From contig NW_021832192.1 of assembly GCF_006345805.1 (NCBI RefSeq), positions 1 through 50,079 on the forward strand: DNA of 50,079 bases, read 5' to 3'. Origin of the DNA: Octopus sinensis. Its lineage: Eukaryota. The notes below the pieces were generated by a model. That model made no database searches, was not told the DNA's origin, and saw nothing but the letters and a program-made list of their open reading frames with translations. Made by a program: the position numbers and the translations under genes. Positions 37,051 to 49,594 of the stretch are shown piece after piece (the stretch's first letter is position 1; each line of letters starts with the position of its first letter).

Positions 37051-37177
37051 TATTATATAGAAGGAGCTTCTACAGGACTAGAATGTTTCATTCAAGAGAA
37101 TCTTCAGGAATGCTTCCTGAAGATTTCTCTAATGAAATGAAACGTTCTAGTCCTGTAGAAGCTCCTTCTATATAATA
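37051..37177. repeat. About 127-bp imperfect palindrome with CTGAAGA...GAAAC motif on both arms (Penelope-like terminal repeat)
   Basis: Outer 42-bp arms have 1 mismatch; inner tcttcaggaa-tgc-ttcctgaaga stem with a 3-nt loop. Confidence 0.88.
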
Positions 37178-37264
37178 AATTAATTTTACTCTACTATGTA
37201 TTGAGTACCTTATTTACTGTGGTTAACCCCGAATCACCCGGGACCTACATATATATATAGATAT

Positions 37265-37297
<33 letters not shown>

Positions 37298-37429
37298 GAT
37301 ATATTATATATTTATAGTATATATATACATGCATTGCCTAGTATTTTGTGAATAGTAATATTCATAAAATAATAGGTCTAAATATAAATCTTGGTTTATA
37401 AATATTCAAAAGAAAATTTATATATAAAA

Positions 37430-37570
37430 ACACAGTGTGTGTATAATGACTAACGCATACATTTCCACAATTCTCAACCGATTTTCACCAAACATTACAC
37501 ATAACCTACGTCCCAAAGATGGTCATGCACTATGACATTTTGACCAGAGCTCCTGCGTAAATGGACGTAA
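37430..37570. mobile_element. Possible Helitron/Helentron-associated short element remnant
   Basis: ctcaaccgattttcaccaaac motif is typical of such elements; motif resemblance only. Confidence 0.3.
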
Positions 37571-38553
37571 ATGGACATAGTTTTTTTTGCACGTAGGGTC
37601 TTCCATGGATTTTAATATTTTTGTAAAAGTGAAAGGTGTTTGTCTATTTATTTATTTCCATTGTCCACCAGCGACTGTGATTAAATTGACTGGGAACACT
37701 ATACGCGATGAATATCCAATACAAAACAATCTTATTCTCCATGTTTAAACTGCATTAAACTTTGTCAAGCTTACCTTTACCTATTCTGTGTTACCTGAAA
37801 GGTGATGTTCCCTCCCTCTCTTCTATTTGTTCATACCTTTGTTTACCTACCAATGCGTTGTTTCACTTTAAGGATGCTTATTTACCCATCCATTATAATA
37901 TTTCGACTGTTGTCCATTGTTTCAAATACGATTTAGCATTGTCGGTCTAGCCTGTTTTAAACAATTACATAGAATTCGTCTCAAAGAATCAACCTTTAAA
38001 TAAGAGTTTTGCTTCCACTAGCGAAAGCTATTCGTATCTCTCAGAAAACTCCATACAAATTTAACCTTATGCAGCATTCGCTGTTAGTTTATGCGCTGGC
38101 TATGCTGGAAGACAGAATAAAGGGGCTTTTTGCTAACTTATCTCTCCCTCCAAAAGCTCCCTTTACTGTTGAACAAAATAAACTCGCAGAGGGGAAGTTT
38201 CAACATCTTCCTGCAATTTCCTTACACCATTTATGTGGCTGTTTCTGACAAGAAATTTCGCTTTCATGTAAAACAGCTATATTTTGTAGTCATTATCTGT
38301 AATCTATTCCCAAAACACTTCAGCAGCTCTACTTTGCATCGCTTGCAAACTTATATGTCCTATAATCATTAAAGTGCGATGACCTCCACAATAACCAGCC
38401 TTCAATCTGATTTTCCGTTCCTGGATTAATCGGAAACATAGATTGCCGTGCTACTCATAAACCTTCTCGGTAGTTCAAATATTTGGTGAAAAAAAAAACC
38501 ACCAAAGCAACTTAAACCATCCAAAGGACGGGTGCGTTTGCTAGTATATATAT

Positions 38554-38596
<43 letters not shown>

Positions 38597-38646
38597 ACAC
38601 ACACATATATATGCATATGCATACATATAAATATATATACATATAC

Positions 38647-38677
<31 letters not shown>

Positions 38678-38681
38678 TATA

Positions 38682-39385
38682 TTTTATCCTCTGTTTATGC
38701 GTTTCAGCCAGAGGCTAAGGCCATGCCGGTACACCGCCTTTACTACATCCGGGAATTTTTCCACTATTGCTTCTGGTGAAGTAGCGACTTGGACGTTGCC
38801 GCTCTTCTTTATGCCTCCTGCTACGAAGTGGATTCATCCGGTATTGCAAATAAAAAACTGTCTAGACGTTATTTGAAGATTTCCATGTCTACACCTTGCA
38901 GATTCCTGTTGTTCTGTGGTAGAGCATTAAAATGTTGTGGTCCCTTGAATCCCAAGCTATTACAATATTGGGTTCGTATCCTCGATGGCGAAGATAGGAC
39001 CTTTGGTACTGTGCAGTGCCGTCCAGTTCGGAGATTGTTGTAGATTTCGATTGCGAAATTTGGAGCTTGACCCTCCATTATTTTACATATATATTGCACT
39101 GCTTATCGCTCTCGTCTCCTCTCCAGGGAGTAGATTCCCAATTCCTTTAACCTCTCCTACTAGCCCATGTGTTTTACAGTGTTTATCTTCTTTGTGTAGT
39201 GGCGCTGGATCGCCTCTAGTTCCGCAATTAGACTTAGACTCTGTGGGGACCACAGTTGAGAGCAGTAGTCCAGACGACTGAGGACAAAGGTTCTCCAGTA
39301 CAGAAGCATTGTGTCTCTGTTCTTGGTCCTTAATATCTAAGGATCCAAACTGCCAACCGCCTGCATAGTGTTGCCATCTTCGACT
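38682..39385 (-). mobile_element. CR1-group LINE 3' end (post-RT domain and 3' UTR), 5'-truncated
   Basis: VLSRLDYCSQLWSP, ELEAIQRHYTKKI, ERLKELGIYSLERRRER, YICKIMEG..PN, RTGRHC.VP, NSLGFKGP..FNALP, FK.RLD.FL.AIPDE. Confidence 0.92.
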
Positions 39386-39433
39386 CGATACGTACATACA
39401 CTTATATATATATATAAATAAATAAAAAGTACA

Positions 39434-39474
<41 letters not shown>

Positions 39475-39520
39475 CATATATATATATAGTATATATATAT
39501 ATATAATATATATGCATGTA

Positions 39521-39671
39521 TATACGACGGTCTTCTTTTAGATTCCGTCTACTCACAAGGCTTTGGTCGGCCTGAGGATATAGTCGAAGGCACCTGCTGC
39601 CTAACGTGCCACGCATTAGGACTGAATGTGGTTGGGAATCAAGCTTCTGGCTACACAACCACTCCTGCGCC
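39521..39671 (-). mobile_element. SINE family A head/core
   Basis: ctcacaaggctttggtcggcctgagg...gctacacaaccactcctgcgcc. Confidence 0.88.
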
Positions 39672-39679
39672 TATCTTAC

Positions 39680-40430
39680 ATCTTTCATTAATGAATATTT
39701 CGCTTTAATCATTTATTCACCTTCATTATTTTTCCTTTACCTATTCATTTATTTTTTATGACATTTTTGCTCTTATTCTTGTAATCGTTCGTTTTTCTCT
39801 TTTAATTCTTCACATTTTTTCTTCCTATTTATTCACATTTTATGTCTATCATTCTTATTTTCTCTTTTTTTTATTCCTTATCGTTATATCTCTAAGTTCT
39901 CATTCATTATTCATTTATTTCATTCTCTCTCTCACTTTTCTCTCCTGATTTCATTCCTTTATCCACACCGTCTTTCCTTCATTGGTTAAACATTTCACTC
40001 TTTCATTTCATTCCCTCTGTCTTGCCACCCTTTTTCTGTCTACCAAACCTTGCTTCGTCCCCTTTTCTTTCTTTACTAACTCATTCTCTCTTTCATTATA
40101 TTTTTCTTCGTTCTTTAAACATTCATTTTCTCATTATTTTTTATTCATTCCTTCTATTTTTTAATACTCTTTAAATTTTCTTTAATTCATTTTCATTCTT
40201 CAATTCAATTTTCTTCTTTATGTATGTCTTTCTCTTTCATTTCATTTTCATCTTTGATGATATTTTCGTTTATAAAACTCTATTTTTCTCCCGCTTTCTT
40301 CAATTCTATCATTTATTTTTTTCCACCGATTCTCTTTCTTTATTTTTGTCTGAATATACTTCTTCGATTATCTATACATTTCGTTCTTTCTTCCTTTCTT
40401 TCTTTATGTCTCTCCACATGCACAACCACC
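39680..40430 (+). repeat. Pyrimidine-rich low-complexity tract
   Basis: Direct reading. Confidence 0.85.
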
Positions 40431-40529
40431 TCCATCACATATCACCACCATTGCCGCCGCCGCCACAACAGCCATGGTGTTTCCCCTACGTCAAGAGTTT
40501 GCGTTCAATTCACACCTTGAAAGCAGATC

Positions 40530-40619
40530 TATCTACTTACCTACCTACCTACCTACCTACCTACCTACCTATCTACTTACCTACCTACCTACCCACCTAC
40601 CCACCTACCTCCTACCTAC

Positions 40620-40673
<54 letters not shown>

Positions 40674-40944
40674 GTCAATCAATCTATATATTTATCAATA
40701 TATATACATACATATATGTGTGTGTGTGCGTGTATGTGTATGTATTTATGTTTATATACACATATACATACACACACATATACATATATATATATATAAA
40801 TATATATATACACATATACATATATATATGTATGTATATGTATATGTATATATATAGATAAATATATATGTATAGATAAATAATATATTGTATATATATA
40901 TATATGTATATATATAGATAAATATGTATATGTAAATATATATA

Positions 40945-41032
<88 letters not shown>

Positions 41033-41307
41033 ATATGTATGTATGTATGTATGTATAAATAAAGGTGTGTGTATGCGTACATTTATACAGGCCATAATAG
41101 ATAAGGGTAGATAGATAGATAGGAGGTCGATAGAGATAGATAAATAGATCGATAGATATGTAGGTAATTGGTAGGTAAGTAGGTAGGTAGGTAGGTAGGT
41201 AGGTATGCTTATACATCTAAACACACACACACATATATATATACATACATGCATGTATACATACACATATATATAGACAAATACAGGTATATATACATGC
41301 ATAGATA

Positions 41308-41338
<31 letters not shown>

Positions 41339-41420
41339 CTATATATATATATATATACACACACACATCAACATATATATCTGTATTTGAATAAATAAAC
41401 ATGCATATATATGCATTTAT
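40530..41420. repeat. (CCTA)n, (CTAT)n, (TA)n, (TAGG)n microsatellite field
   Basis: Direct reading. Confidence 0.93.
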
Positions 41421-42220
41421 ATAAGTAGATATATATATACATATAAATGAATTTACATATATATATGCATATAATTAAATACATAACATTGTGTATATAC
41501 ATATATATATATATATATGTATATATTCATATCCTCCTCCCATCTCAACACTCGACCGTATGTGTGTGTGTGTGCGTGCCCACATTCGTGTATAAGTATG
41601 TGCAAGTTTCTGTGTATGTATATTCGTGCATGTGCGTATATATGTGTGTGTGTGTGCTTGTCTACCTCACAATTATACCAATGCAACAATTGTTGTCAAC
41701 AGCCGCAAGTTCATTCTTTCTCTCTTTTCTTCTTCATCATCATCATCATCATCACCATCACCATCATCATCCTTTTCTTCTTTGTCTTTCTTCCTTTAAG
41801 TTGTTCTTTTTTTTCTTTTTTTCTTTTCTAAAACACCGACGTATCCACTTTGAAGTGCTTCGCAAGCCGTCGATACTACAAACAACACCGACAAGGCACA
41901 GGAATTCGCTTTCAGTTTGGCTTAGAAACCGTATTCACTGCATCACAATTGCAAAGAAACTTCTCGATTAGATAATAACATCTATTCATTCCTTCATCTC
42001 TCTCCTCCCTGCCCTCACACCTTCTTCACCCTCTCTTTCTTTGCCCTCCCTCTCTGTCTCTGCATTCGCCCTCTCTCTCTTTCTCTCTCTCACTCTTCCC
42101 ATCTGTGCCCCCCCTCTCTTCTTTCAACTATTTGCTTCTAAGTTGTGTATGCTATCTTCTTTATTTGCTCTGTTTAGGTGTACGAGCCGTTTTCATGATT
42201 TCCTTGTTGTTCTATTATGA

Positions 42221-42254
<34 letters not shown>

Positions 42255-42409
42255 ATGTGCGCATGTGGTATGCATTCTGACGCAGAAGGGTGTTAATTTT
42301 TAGTGCAGAATATAGGTACATAGGTTTGGAAAATATTTTCTTCCACAGATGGAAAGTTTGGAGTTTGTTTTGTGCGTGTGTATGTGTGTGTGTATGTGTG
42401 TGTGAACTA

Positions 42410-42485
42410 ACTCTCTATCTCTCTCGCTCTCTATCTGTTTATCTATCTATCTATCTATCTGTTTATATATCTATCTATCTATCTG

Positions 42486-42572
<87 letters not shown>

Positions 42573-42605
42573 GTCTGTCTGTCTATCTATCTAATCTATC
42601 TATCT
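42410..42605. repeat. (CTAT)n microsatellite
   Basis: Direct reading. Confidence 0.96.
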
Positions 42606-42934
42606 GATCTCTGTAATCTACCTAACAAGCTAATTACCGACCTCATTAGCCAGCTCCTTAGCAGCACCAGTACCGTCCTGTTCAGATTCGATTTATTTTT
42701 AATTGTAATTATAATTCTCTTTAGTTAAACAAATTTACCACTACCACTCACTTTCATCATTTACCCTCTCTCACTCTACTCTCTCTGTCTCTTTCTCTGT
42801 CCTTCTCTGCAAGAGAATATATGTATATATAATAAGAGATGTATGTTGTATGTGTATATATGAGTATATTATGTATATTATGTGTGTGTATATATATATA
42901 TAAATATATATCTGCGTGCGTGTGTGTGTATAAA

Positions 42935-43062
42935 CTGTGTGGTAACAAGCTTGCTTCTCAACCACATGATTCCCGATTCAGTCCCACTGCGTGGCACCGT
43001 GGAGAAGTGTCTTTTACTATAGCCTCGGGCCAACCAACGCCTTATGAATAGCCTGTCGTATA
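42935..43062 (+). mobile_element. SINE family A head/core
   Basis: ctgtgtggtaacaagcttgc...cagtcccactgcgtggcacc...ctatagcctcgggcc. Confidence 0.88.
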
Positions 43063-43217
43063 TACATGTGTGTGTGTGCGCGTATACACACACACATATA
43101 TACTGTATATATACATGTATATAAATATTATTGGATAATACGTACGCACACACATACATAACTACATACATACATACATACATGCATGCATACATACCTA
43201 CATACATACATACATAA

Positions 43218-43267
<50 letters not shown>

Positions 43268-43334
43268 ATATATATAAGTGTGTGTGTATGTGTGTGTATA
43301 TATACGCATATACACACACATATATATTTATATG

Positions 43335-43392
<58 letters not shown>

Positions 43393-43399
43393 TGTGTAT

Positions 43400-43590
43400 G
43401 ATAGATCGCTAGCCACTATACAGTCTTTATTTTCTCTCCTTGTTTCTTTCTGTGTTCCTTTCTGTGGAAGAGCGTAGGCTCGAAACGTTAAAGACATTTT
43501 CACTTCCCGAGCGTTATACTAATACATCTGTTTGTTGTCTACACCACCTGTCTTCGTCTTTTGTTGTTTCTTTTTTGAATTCTCTCCTAT
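43400..43590 (+). mobile_element. Penelope-type terminal-repeat fragment with a variant minimal hammerhead motif
   Basis: cttt-CTGTGGA-a-GAGC-gtag-GCTC-GAA-ACGT-T-aaag at 43458-43493. Confidence 0.55.
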
Positions 43591-44502
43591 ATATGTATAT
43601 GTGTGTGTGTGCGTGTGTGTGTGTGTGTGGTGTGTATGTGTGTGTGTGTGTGTGTGTATACATATATATGATACAGTCAATCATATATATAACAGCCATG
43701 GTTTTGATAACATCTGTGCAGAGTTGTCTCTCTTAGGTATTTCCCATTTATAAAGGCTTAAAAGTTAGAAACATCAATGCCTGGTAGTCTGGGCAGATAT
43801 GATGTTTTACACCTTTGACAATAAGAGAGAATTTTCCTCTACGCTAACAGCAGTGACTTTGCCTCTTAGCAGTTAAAATACGTTAAAAACATGTATTAAC
43901 TAACCTATAAACATATTTATATAGCAGAGAGTATGGTGACTGATACATCTTCAAATCTTTCTTTTAATTAAACTGTTAATTATATAGCATAATCATTTAG
44001 TTAAAATTTGAAGTGGTACCAGTCTCCGCAGTTGGGAATGCATCACTAATCGGTTATTACTTAATTAAAGGTAAGGTCGCTGAAGAAATATGAAATGAAT
44101 TGCCTCCTTTAAAGACATAAGGGGCTGCCCAGTCCAGATTTCGAACTCATGGCCTTCTAATCGTGATCTCAGCAAAATTCCAATCGCTTTCAAACGAACT
44201 CACACAAGCGCGCACATACAAACATGTGTTTGCAAACAACAAGAAGCATTGTAGAATATCATAAATTCTGATTTGGAATTACCATAAAACACCGATATTC
44301 TTCATTTTAAATGAATTTATGAGAAAGCAAATATATATATATATATATATATATATCAGAAGTTAAAAAAGGAAAATACGCACACTTACATAGTTTTAAT
44401 ATAATTTTTAATATATCGACCGGTTTCGTTATCGCTATTCATGATATTATGTTTTACTTATTTTAATTCCTCTTTTCTGTTACTATATACTATATATATA
44501 TA

Positions 44503-44535
<33 letters not shown>

Positions 44536-45429
44536 CAGGTTATTACCATTAAAAATATCGAATTATTAAATGTTACCATCTCCATTTTTATTTCTAATTC
44601 ATAATTACTCAACAAACGACACACCCGCGCGCACCAACATACACCACATATACACGTATCCATATATGTATAAAGCAAAACAAAATAGATTTCATAAAAC
44701 ATTGTACTTTACTCTTTGTATAATGTACTCTGCTTTCTATATGTTGTACTTAGCTGACTGTATGCACACTGTGACCTAGCCAAATCTAAAGTGCAATCAA
44801 ATGAAACCTGTACTATAATACTAGTCTTTCTCGCAGTTTCTTTCGGAGTATACACGAATACCCGTGGATTTCCAAATACTAGTTATTTGCCGACCAACTG
44901 TTAAATCACACTATTTTCCTATTTTCCACCAATAACAAAAATGTTTCGCTTCATAAAAATATTAATTAATATACTTCGGGCTATGTCATGCTGATGGTTC
45001 TAAAAAGAATGAAATAATACTAATAATAGTTTGCATGATCACCACTGACTAGTCTAAGGACTTTGTAAAAACATTAAATACCTAATTATGTGTATTGCAT
45101 GTATCTTTTCCCATTTTCTTTAATTTCAAATTGAAATATATAATCCCGCCAAATACATTGAAGATATTATCCTCATCTCCTCTGTTAACTTTCCGTAAGA
45201 GGTCATCACATATGCATGTATTTATATGTATATATATGATGTATATATATATATGTGTGTATATATATATGTATATATATATATGTGTGTGTATATATAT
45301 AAGTATGTATGCTATTAGTTATTGCTTTATCTGATTCGATATCTACGCTCCAAAAAGAAATGATTCCACGCTCCCTCGAAATAGATACATTTTTATAAGG
45401 TCAACAGTACGTATGTATTCAACCATCTA

Positions 45430-45448
45430 TACCTACACACACACACGT

Positions 45449-45510
<62 letters not shown>

Positions 45511-45626
45511 AATATACCACAATATTTATGTGTGTGTATGTATGTATATACTCACACACATACCCATATATATATATACATACTACCACATACATACATA
45601 CATACATACATACATACATACATACA

Positions 45627-45659
<33 letters not shown>

Positions 45660-45685
45660 GTATGTATGTATGTATGTATGTATAT
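45430..45685. repeat. (TA)n/(CATA)n microsatellite
   Basis: Direct reading. Confidence 0.93.
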
Positions 45686-46016
45686 GTGAGAATTAGGTTC
45701 TTAATTAGAAACACAAGCCGACCACTCATACAGTGCAATACTGAATACATCGTGAACGCAGAGTATAATATTTCTATTGCTGATAGATGCCTTCCGGCAG
45801 CGCTAGTGTCTCTGGTCTTCCGAATCCCTGCAGTATTGCCCTGAAGAAGATTGTGAGATTTGAAACACTCGTGCTGTTATAAGACATAGGAAAAGATTGC
45901 CGCCACTGCTACCGCCGACGCCATGTTCATTACCCTCCTCCAATTTTTGATGGATAGATAGATAGGTAGATAGATAGATAGAGAGAGAGAGAGGGAGAGA
46001 GAGAGAGAGAGATCTC

Positions 46017-46393
46017 GATGGTGTGGTTAAAAATCTCACTTTCCACTCACATGTGTTCGGATTCAATCGCACTGCGTGGTACCTTGAGCAAATATCTTCT
46101 AAAATAGCCCCGAAATTACCAATGACTTGTGAGTTAAATTTGCTGACGGAAATTATGTGAAAGCCCGTTGTATATACATGTATGTGTGTATGTATATGCA
46201 AATGTATATATGCGCGCGAGCATGTGTTTTGTGGTTTGATAACCAGTATTTATTTGCTTATATATATCAACAACTTAGCGGTTCCAGCGAAAGCGACCAG
46301 AGTTTTAAAAATAAAGTAAGCATTGGAATAGATTTATGAGACAAAATTCTTCAAGGTTGAGCCTCAACATCACCAATGACTGAAACGAGAAAT

Positions 46394-46395
<2 letters not shown>
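46017..46395 (+). mobile_element. Diverged full bipartite SINE family A
   Basis: gtgtggttaa...gcactgcgtggtaccttgagcaaatatcttct...aacttagcggttccagc...caatgactgaaac. Confidence 0.8.
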
Positions 46396-46442
<47 letters not shown>

Positions 46443-46459
46443 TATTTTTGAAGATATTA

Positions 46460-46489
<30 letters not shown>

Positions 46490-46490
<1 letters not shown>

Positions 46491-46730
46491 GTTTCTTTAT
46501 TGGCCACACAGGGCTGCACACAGATGGGACAAGTTACAAGGTAGAGCTTTTCTTTTGGGGGATGAAAAAAACAAAAAACAAAAGAAACAAAAAAGAGTGG
46601 GGGTGGCGTAGGTTTTCGATCAAGAGGGATCGTAAAAGGGAAGAAAAGAACAAAAAAATAAAAATAAAAATAAATTTAAAAAAAAAATAAAATAAAAAAT
46701 AAAAATAAAAATAAAAAAAGGAAAAGGGAA
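46490..46730 (-). mobile_element. Retroelement 3' tail fragment with AATAAA, embedded in (GATA)n on both sides (probable L1/Tx1-type 3' UTR)
   Basis: Reverse complement ends gtcccatctgtgtgcagccctgtgtggccAATAAAgaaact-(tatc)n, with a T-rich stretch upstream. The clade assignment is inference. Confidence 0.6.
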
Positions 46731-47053
46731 AGATAGATAGATAGATACATACATACATACATAAATACATACATACGTACATACATACATATATACATAC
46801 ATACATAAATCCATACATACATACATACATACATTCATGTTTTGCATATACGTATGAATGTACGTATGTGAAGAGTTTAAACTTGAAACGCGAAAGACGC
46901 TTCGAATTTTCTTTCATCATCGAACGTCGAGCAAATAATTACTCTTTGTTTTCACTTTACGTCTTATGTTTTCCTGATTTTTGCATACACTCGCACACAC
47001 ACAATACATATATACACGCACACACACATAATATATACACTCATATACATATA

Positions 47054-47165
<112 letters not shown>

Positions 47166-47459
47166 TAGAGGGAAAGCTAGACTAAATGAGAGATAAGTAA
47201 GAGTGGGGGACAGTCAGACAGACAGATTGATTGCTTATAACAAAGAATGAAGAGGAAGTTGAAGTTATTATCTTAATGTACATCTGTAAGCCATCTTGGA
47301 AACACAGGATGTGGGAAATGAAATATTCGTCAAACAAGAAACTTGCTCAAGGGGAGACATCCGCTATTGAACTCTCTTCCGTGTTTGATTTGGTGTTGAT
47401 CTACGTTTTAACTTTTTGCTTCATTACTTTGCAAATGAAAGAAACTACAACGACTACGA

Positions 47460-48125
47460 GATGGTGGTGGTGGCGGCGGCGGTGGTGGTGGCGGTGGTGG
47501 CGGCGGTGGTGGCGGCGGTGGCGGTGTGGCGGCGGTGGCGATTGTGGTGGTGGTGGTGGTGGTGGTTGGTGGTGGTGGTGGTGGTGGTGGTGGTGGTGGT
47601 GTGGCGGCGCGGTGGCGGCGGTGGTGTGGCGGTGGTGGTGGTGGTGGTGGTGGTGGTGGTGGTGGTGGTGGTGGCGGTGGCGGCGGTGGTGGTGGTGGTG
47701 GTGCTGCTGCTGCTGCTGCTGCTGTTGTTGGAGCTGGGTTTGGAGGTGGTGGTGGTGGTGCTGATATATTGTGGTGCTTGTGGTGGTATAGGTTGTGCTG
47801 ACGGCGGTAGTAATGGTTGTGGCGTTGGGGCTGCAGTAGTGGTAGTGGTGGTAATGATGATGATAATGATGGCTGTGGCCGGGTTGCAGTATTAGCGGCC
47901 ATGGTGGTAATGGTGGTTCTGGTGTTGGAGTGGTATTATGGGGTAGTGTTGGTGCCTGTGATGGAATAAGATGTTGTTGTTGTTGGTGGTGGTGGTGGTG
48001 GTGGTGGTGGTGGTGCTAGTACTGGTGGTAATAGCAGTAATGTTGATGTTGGATGTGGCAGCGTGGTATTAGCGGTACTGGTAGCAGTGGTGTTGGTGTT
48101 GGTGCTGGTGGTTGCGGTGGTGGTC
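47460..48125. repeat. (GGT/GGC/GCT)n low-complexity tract
   Basis: Direct reading. Confidence 0.93.
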
Positions 48126-48384
48126 AAGACTTCAGTTCTCATAGGAATGTTAGATTTAGAACTATTAATCTCTATTTATCAATCTCTCTATCCATCTATT
48201 TATCTGTTCATCTGTGTATCTATCTATCTCTTTATCCATCTACCTGTTTATCGATCTATCGATCTATTAATCCATCTATATATCTGTCTTACTGTCTCTA
48301 AATATAGGTGTGTATGAATATAGATATGTGTGGTTTGTATGTGTGTGCATCTGGTCTATCTATCTATCTTTACCTATATAAGTG

Positions 48385-48405
48385 AAGTATATATATTTAT
48401 ATATT

Positions 48406-48461
<56 letters not shown>

Positions 48462-48575
48462 CATATATATATATGTACATATATATACATATATATGTAT
48501 ATATATATACATATTTATGTACATATATATATATATATATATATCATATCATGTATATATATATATATATATATC

Positions 48576-48606
<31 letters not shown>

Positions 48607-48628
48607 TATCAGACGGTATATACATATA
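48385..48628. repeat. (TA)n microsatellite
   Basis: Direct reading. Confidence 0.95.
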
Positions 48629-48843
48629 CATGATGGTGCTGAAAAGTTCCTGGCTTTGGGTAAAAGAAAATACACGTGGATCAGCTAATTATGGTTTTAT
48701 TCTACATATTCCCCTCTCAGGTTCACACACTTATTGCAGCGCGTCCTTCGGTTTCTAAGCCCTGTAAAAGAACTCGGAAGTATGGAATCCAACCAGGTCA
48801 TTCGTGATAATCTTAAAGCCAGGAACTTTTCACTAACTCCTTG
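48629..48843 (-). mobile_element. 215-bp mariner deletion derivative (MITE) with TIRs
   Basis: gtgctgaaaagttcctggctt and aagccaggaacttttcac are inverted ends; the interior encodes the mariner C-terminus ...[14 protein letters not shown]. Confidence 0.88.
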
Positions 48844-49456
48844 TGTGGTGTGTGTGTGTTTGTTTTGTTGTGTGCGTTGGTGTGTTTGTGTGTGTGTGTA
48901 TATATATATATATAATATATATATATATATATTATATACCATATGTATGTATGTATCTACATAAGTATGTATGTATATATATATGTATGTATATAGATAA
49001 ACACAGAGAAAGAAAAAGGAAGAGAGAGAGGGAGACATAGATAGATATATAGATCCACACATACACACATTAATCATTAAAGATTATCTTAATAGCAGCA
49101 GATCATATACATTGACATATTCCATATTTTCTAAATCAACAACGTTGCTTACTTAATCCTAGTTAAGAAGGTCTCAAGAATATCATAGTTCATCTTTTGC
49201 CTTCGCTTGAAATTTGCCAAAAATACAACATATGATATGGATTCGTGCATAAATATGTATTGTTTCTTTAGGCTCAACACTTGAAAGCTTTCACGGTTCC
49301 GTCAAATGTTAGCAACATTTAAATGCCAAATGTTCGGTTTCGCTTGTAATGGAAAGATATTTGGCTGGATTATCGAGTAAAAGAGAAACGGCTACCTCGT
49401 GGAGTGTCTTTCTGTGGGGATTCTTCATCAGCTGGTATAGTATGTTGATCTTCATA

Positions 49457-49548
49457 TGACACCTTGGGCAAATGTCTTCTACTATAGCCTCGGGCCGACC
49501 AAAGCCTTGTGAGAGGATTTGGTAGACGGAAACTCAAAGAAGCTCGTC

Positions 49549-49555
<7 letters not shown>
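49457..49555 (+). mobile_element. SINE family A core, 5'-truncated, low divergence
   Basis: gacaccttgggcaaatgtcttctactatagcctcgggccgaccaaagccttgtgag... Confidence 0.9.

Positions 49556-49591
<36 letters not shown>

Positions 49592-49594
<3 letters not shown>

Noticed and set aside
37778-37810. Minus tttcAG|GTAACA…AAG|GTAAGC as a micro-exon or recursive splice site
   Set aside because: The upstream tract is purine-rich, and such motifs are expected by chance in AT-rich DNA
47231-48142. Poly-Pro/Gly/Trp/Val ORFs as formin- or extensin-like genes
   Set aside because: Pure (GGT)n/(GGC)n repeat with no flanking domain or splice support
49153-49205. Minus candidate exon RRQKMNYDILETFLTRI with a GTAAGC donor
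   Set aside because: Weak acceptor and no recognisable homology
49400-49440. Minus CTGATGA…GAAA as a hammerhead
   Set aside because: No stem II pairing and no NUH geometry
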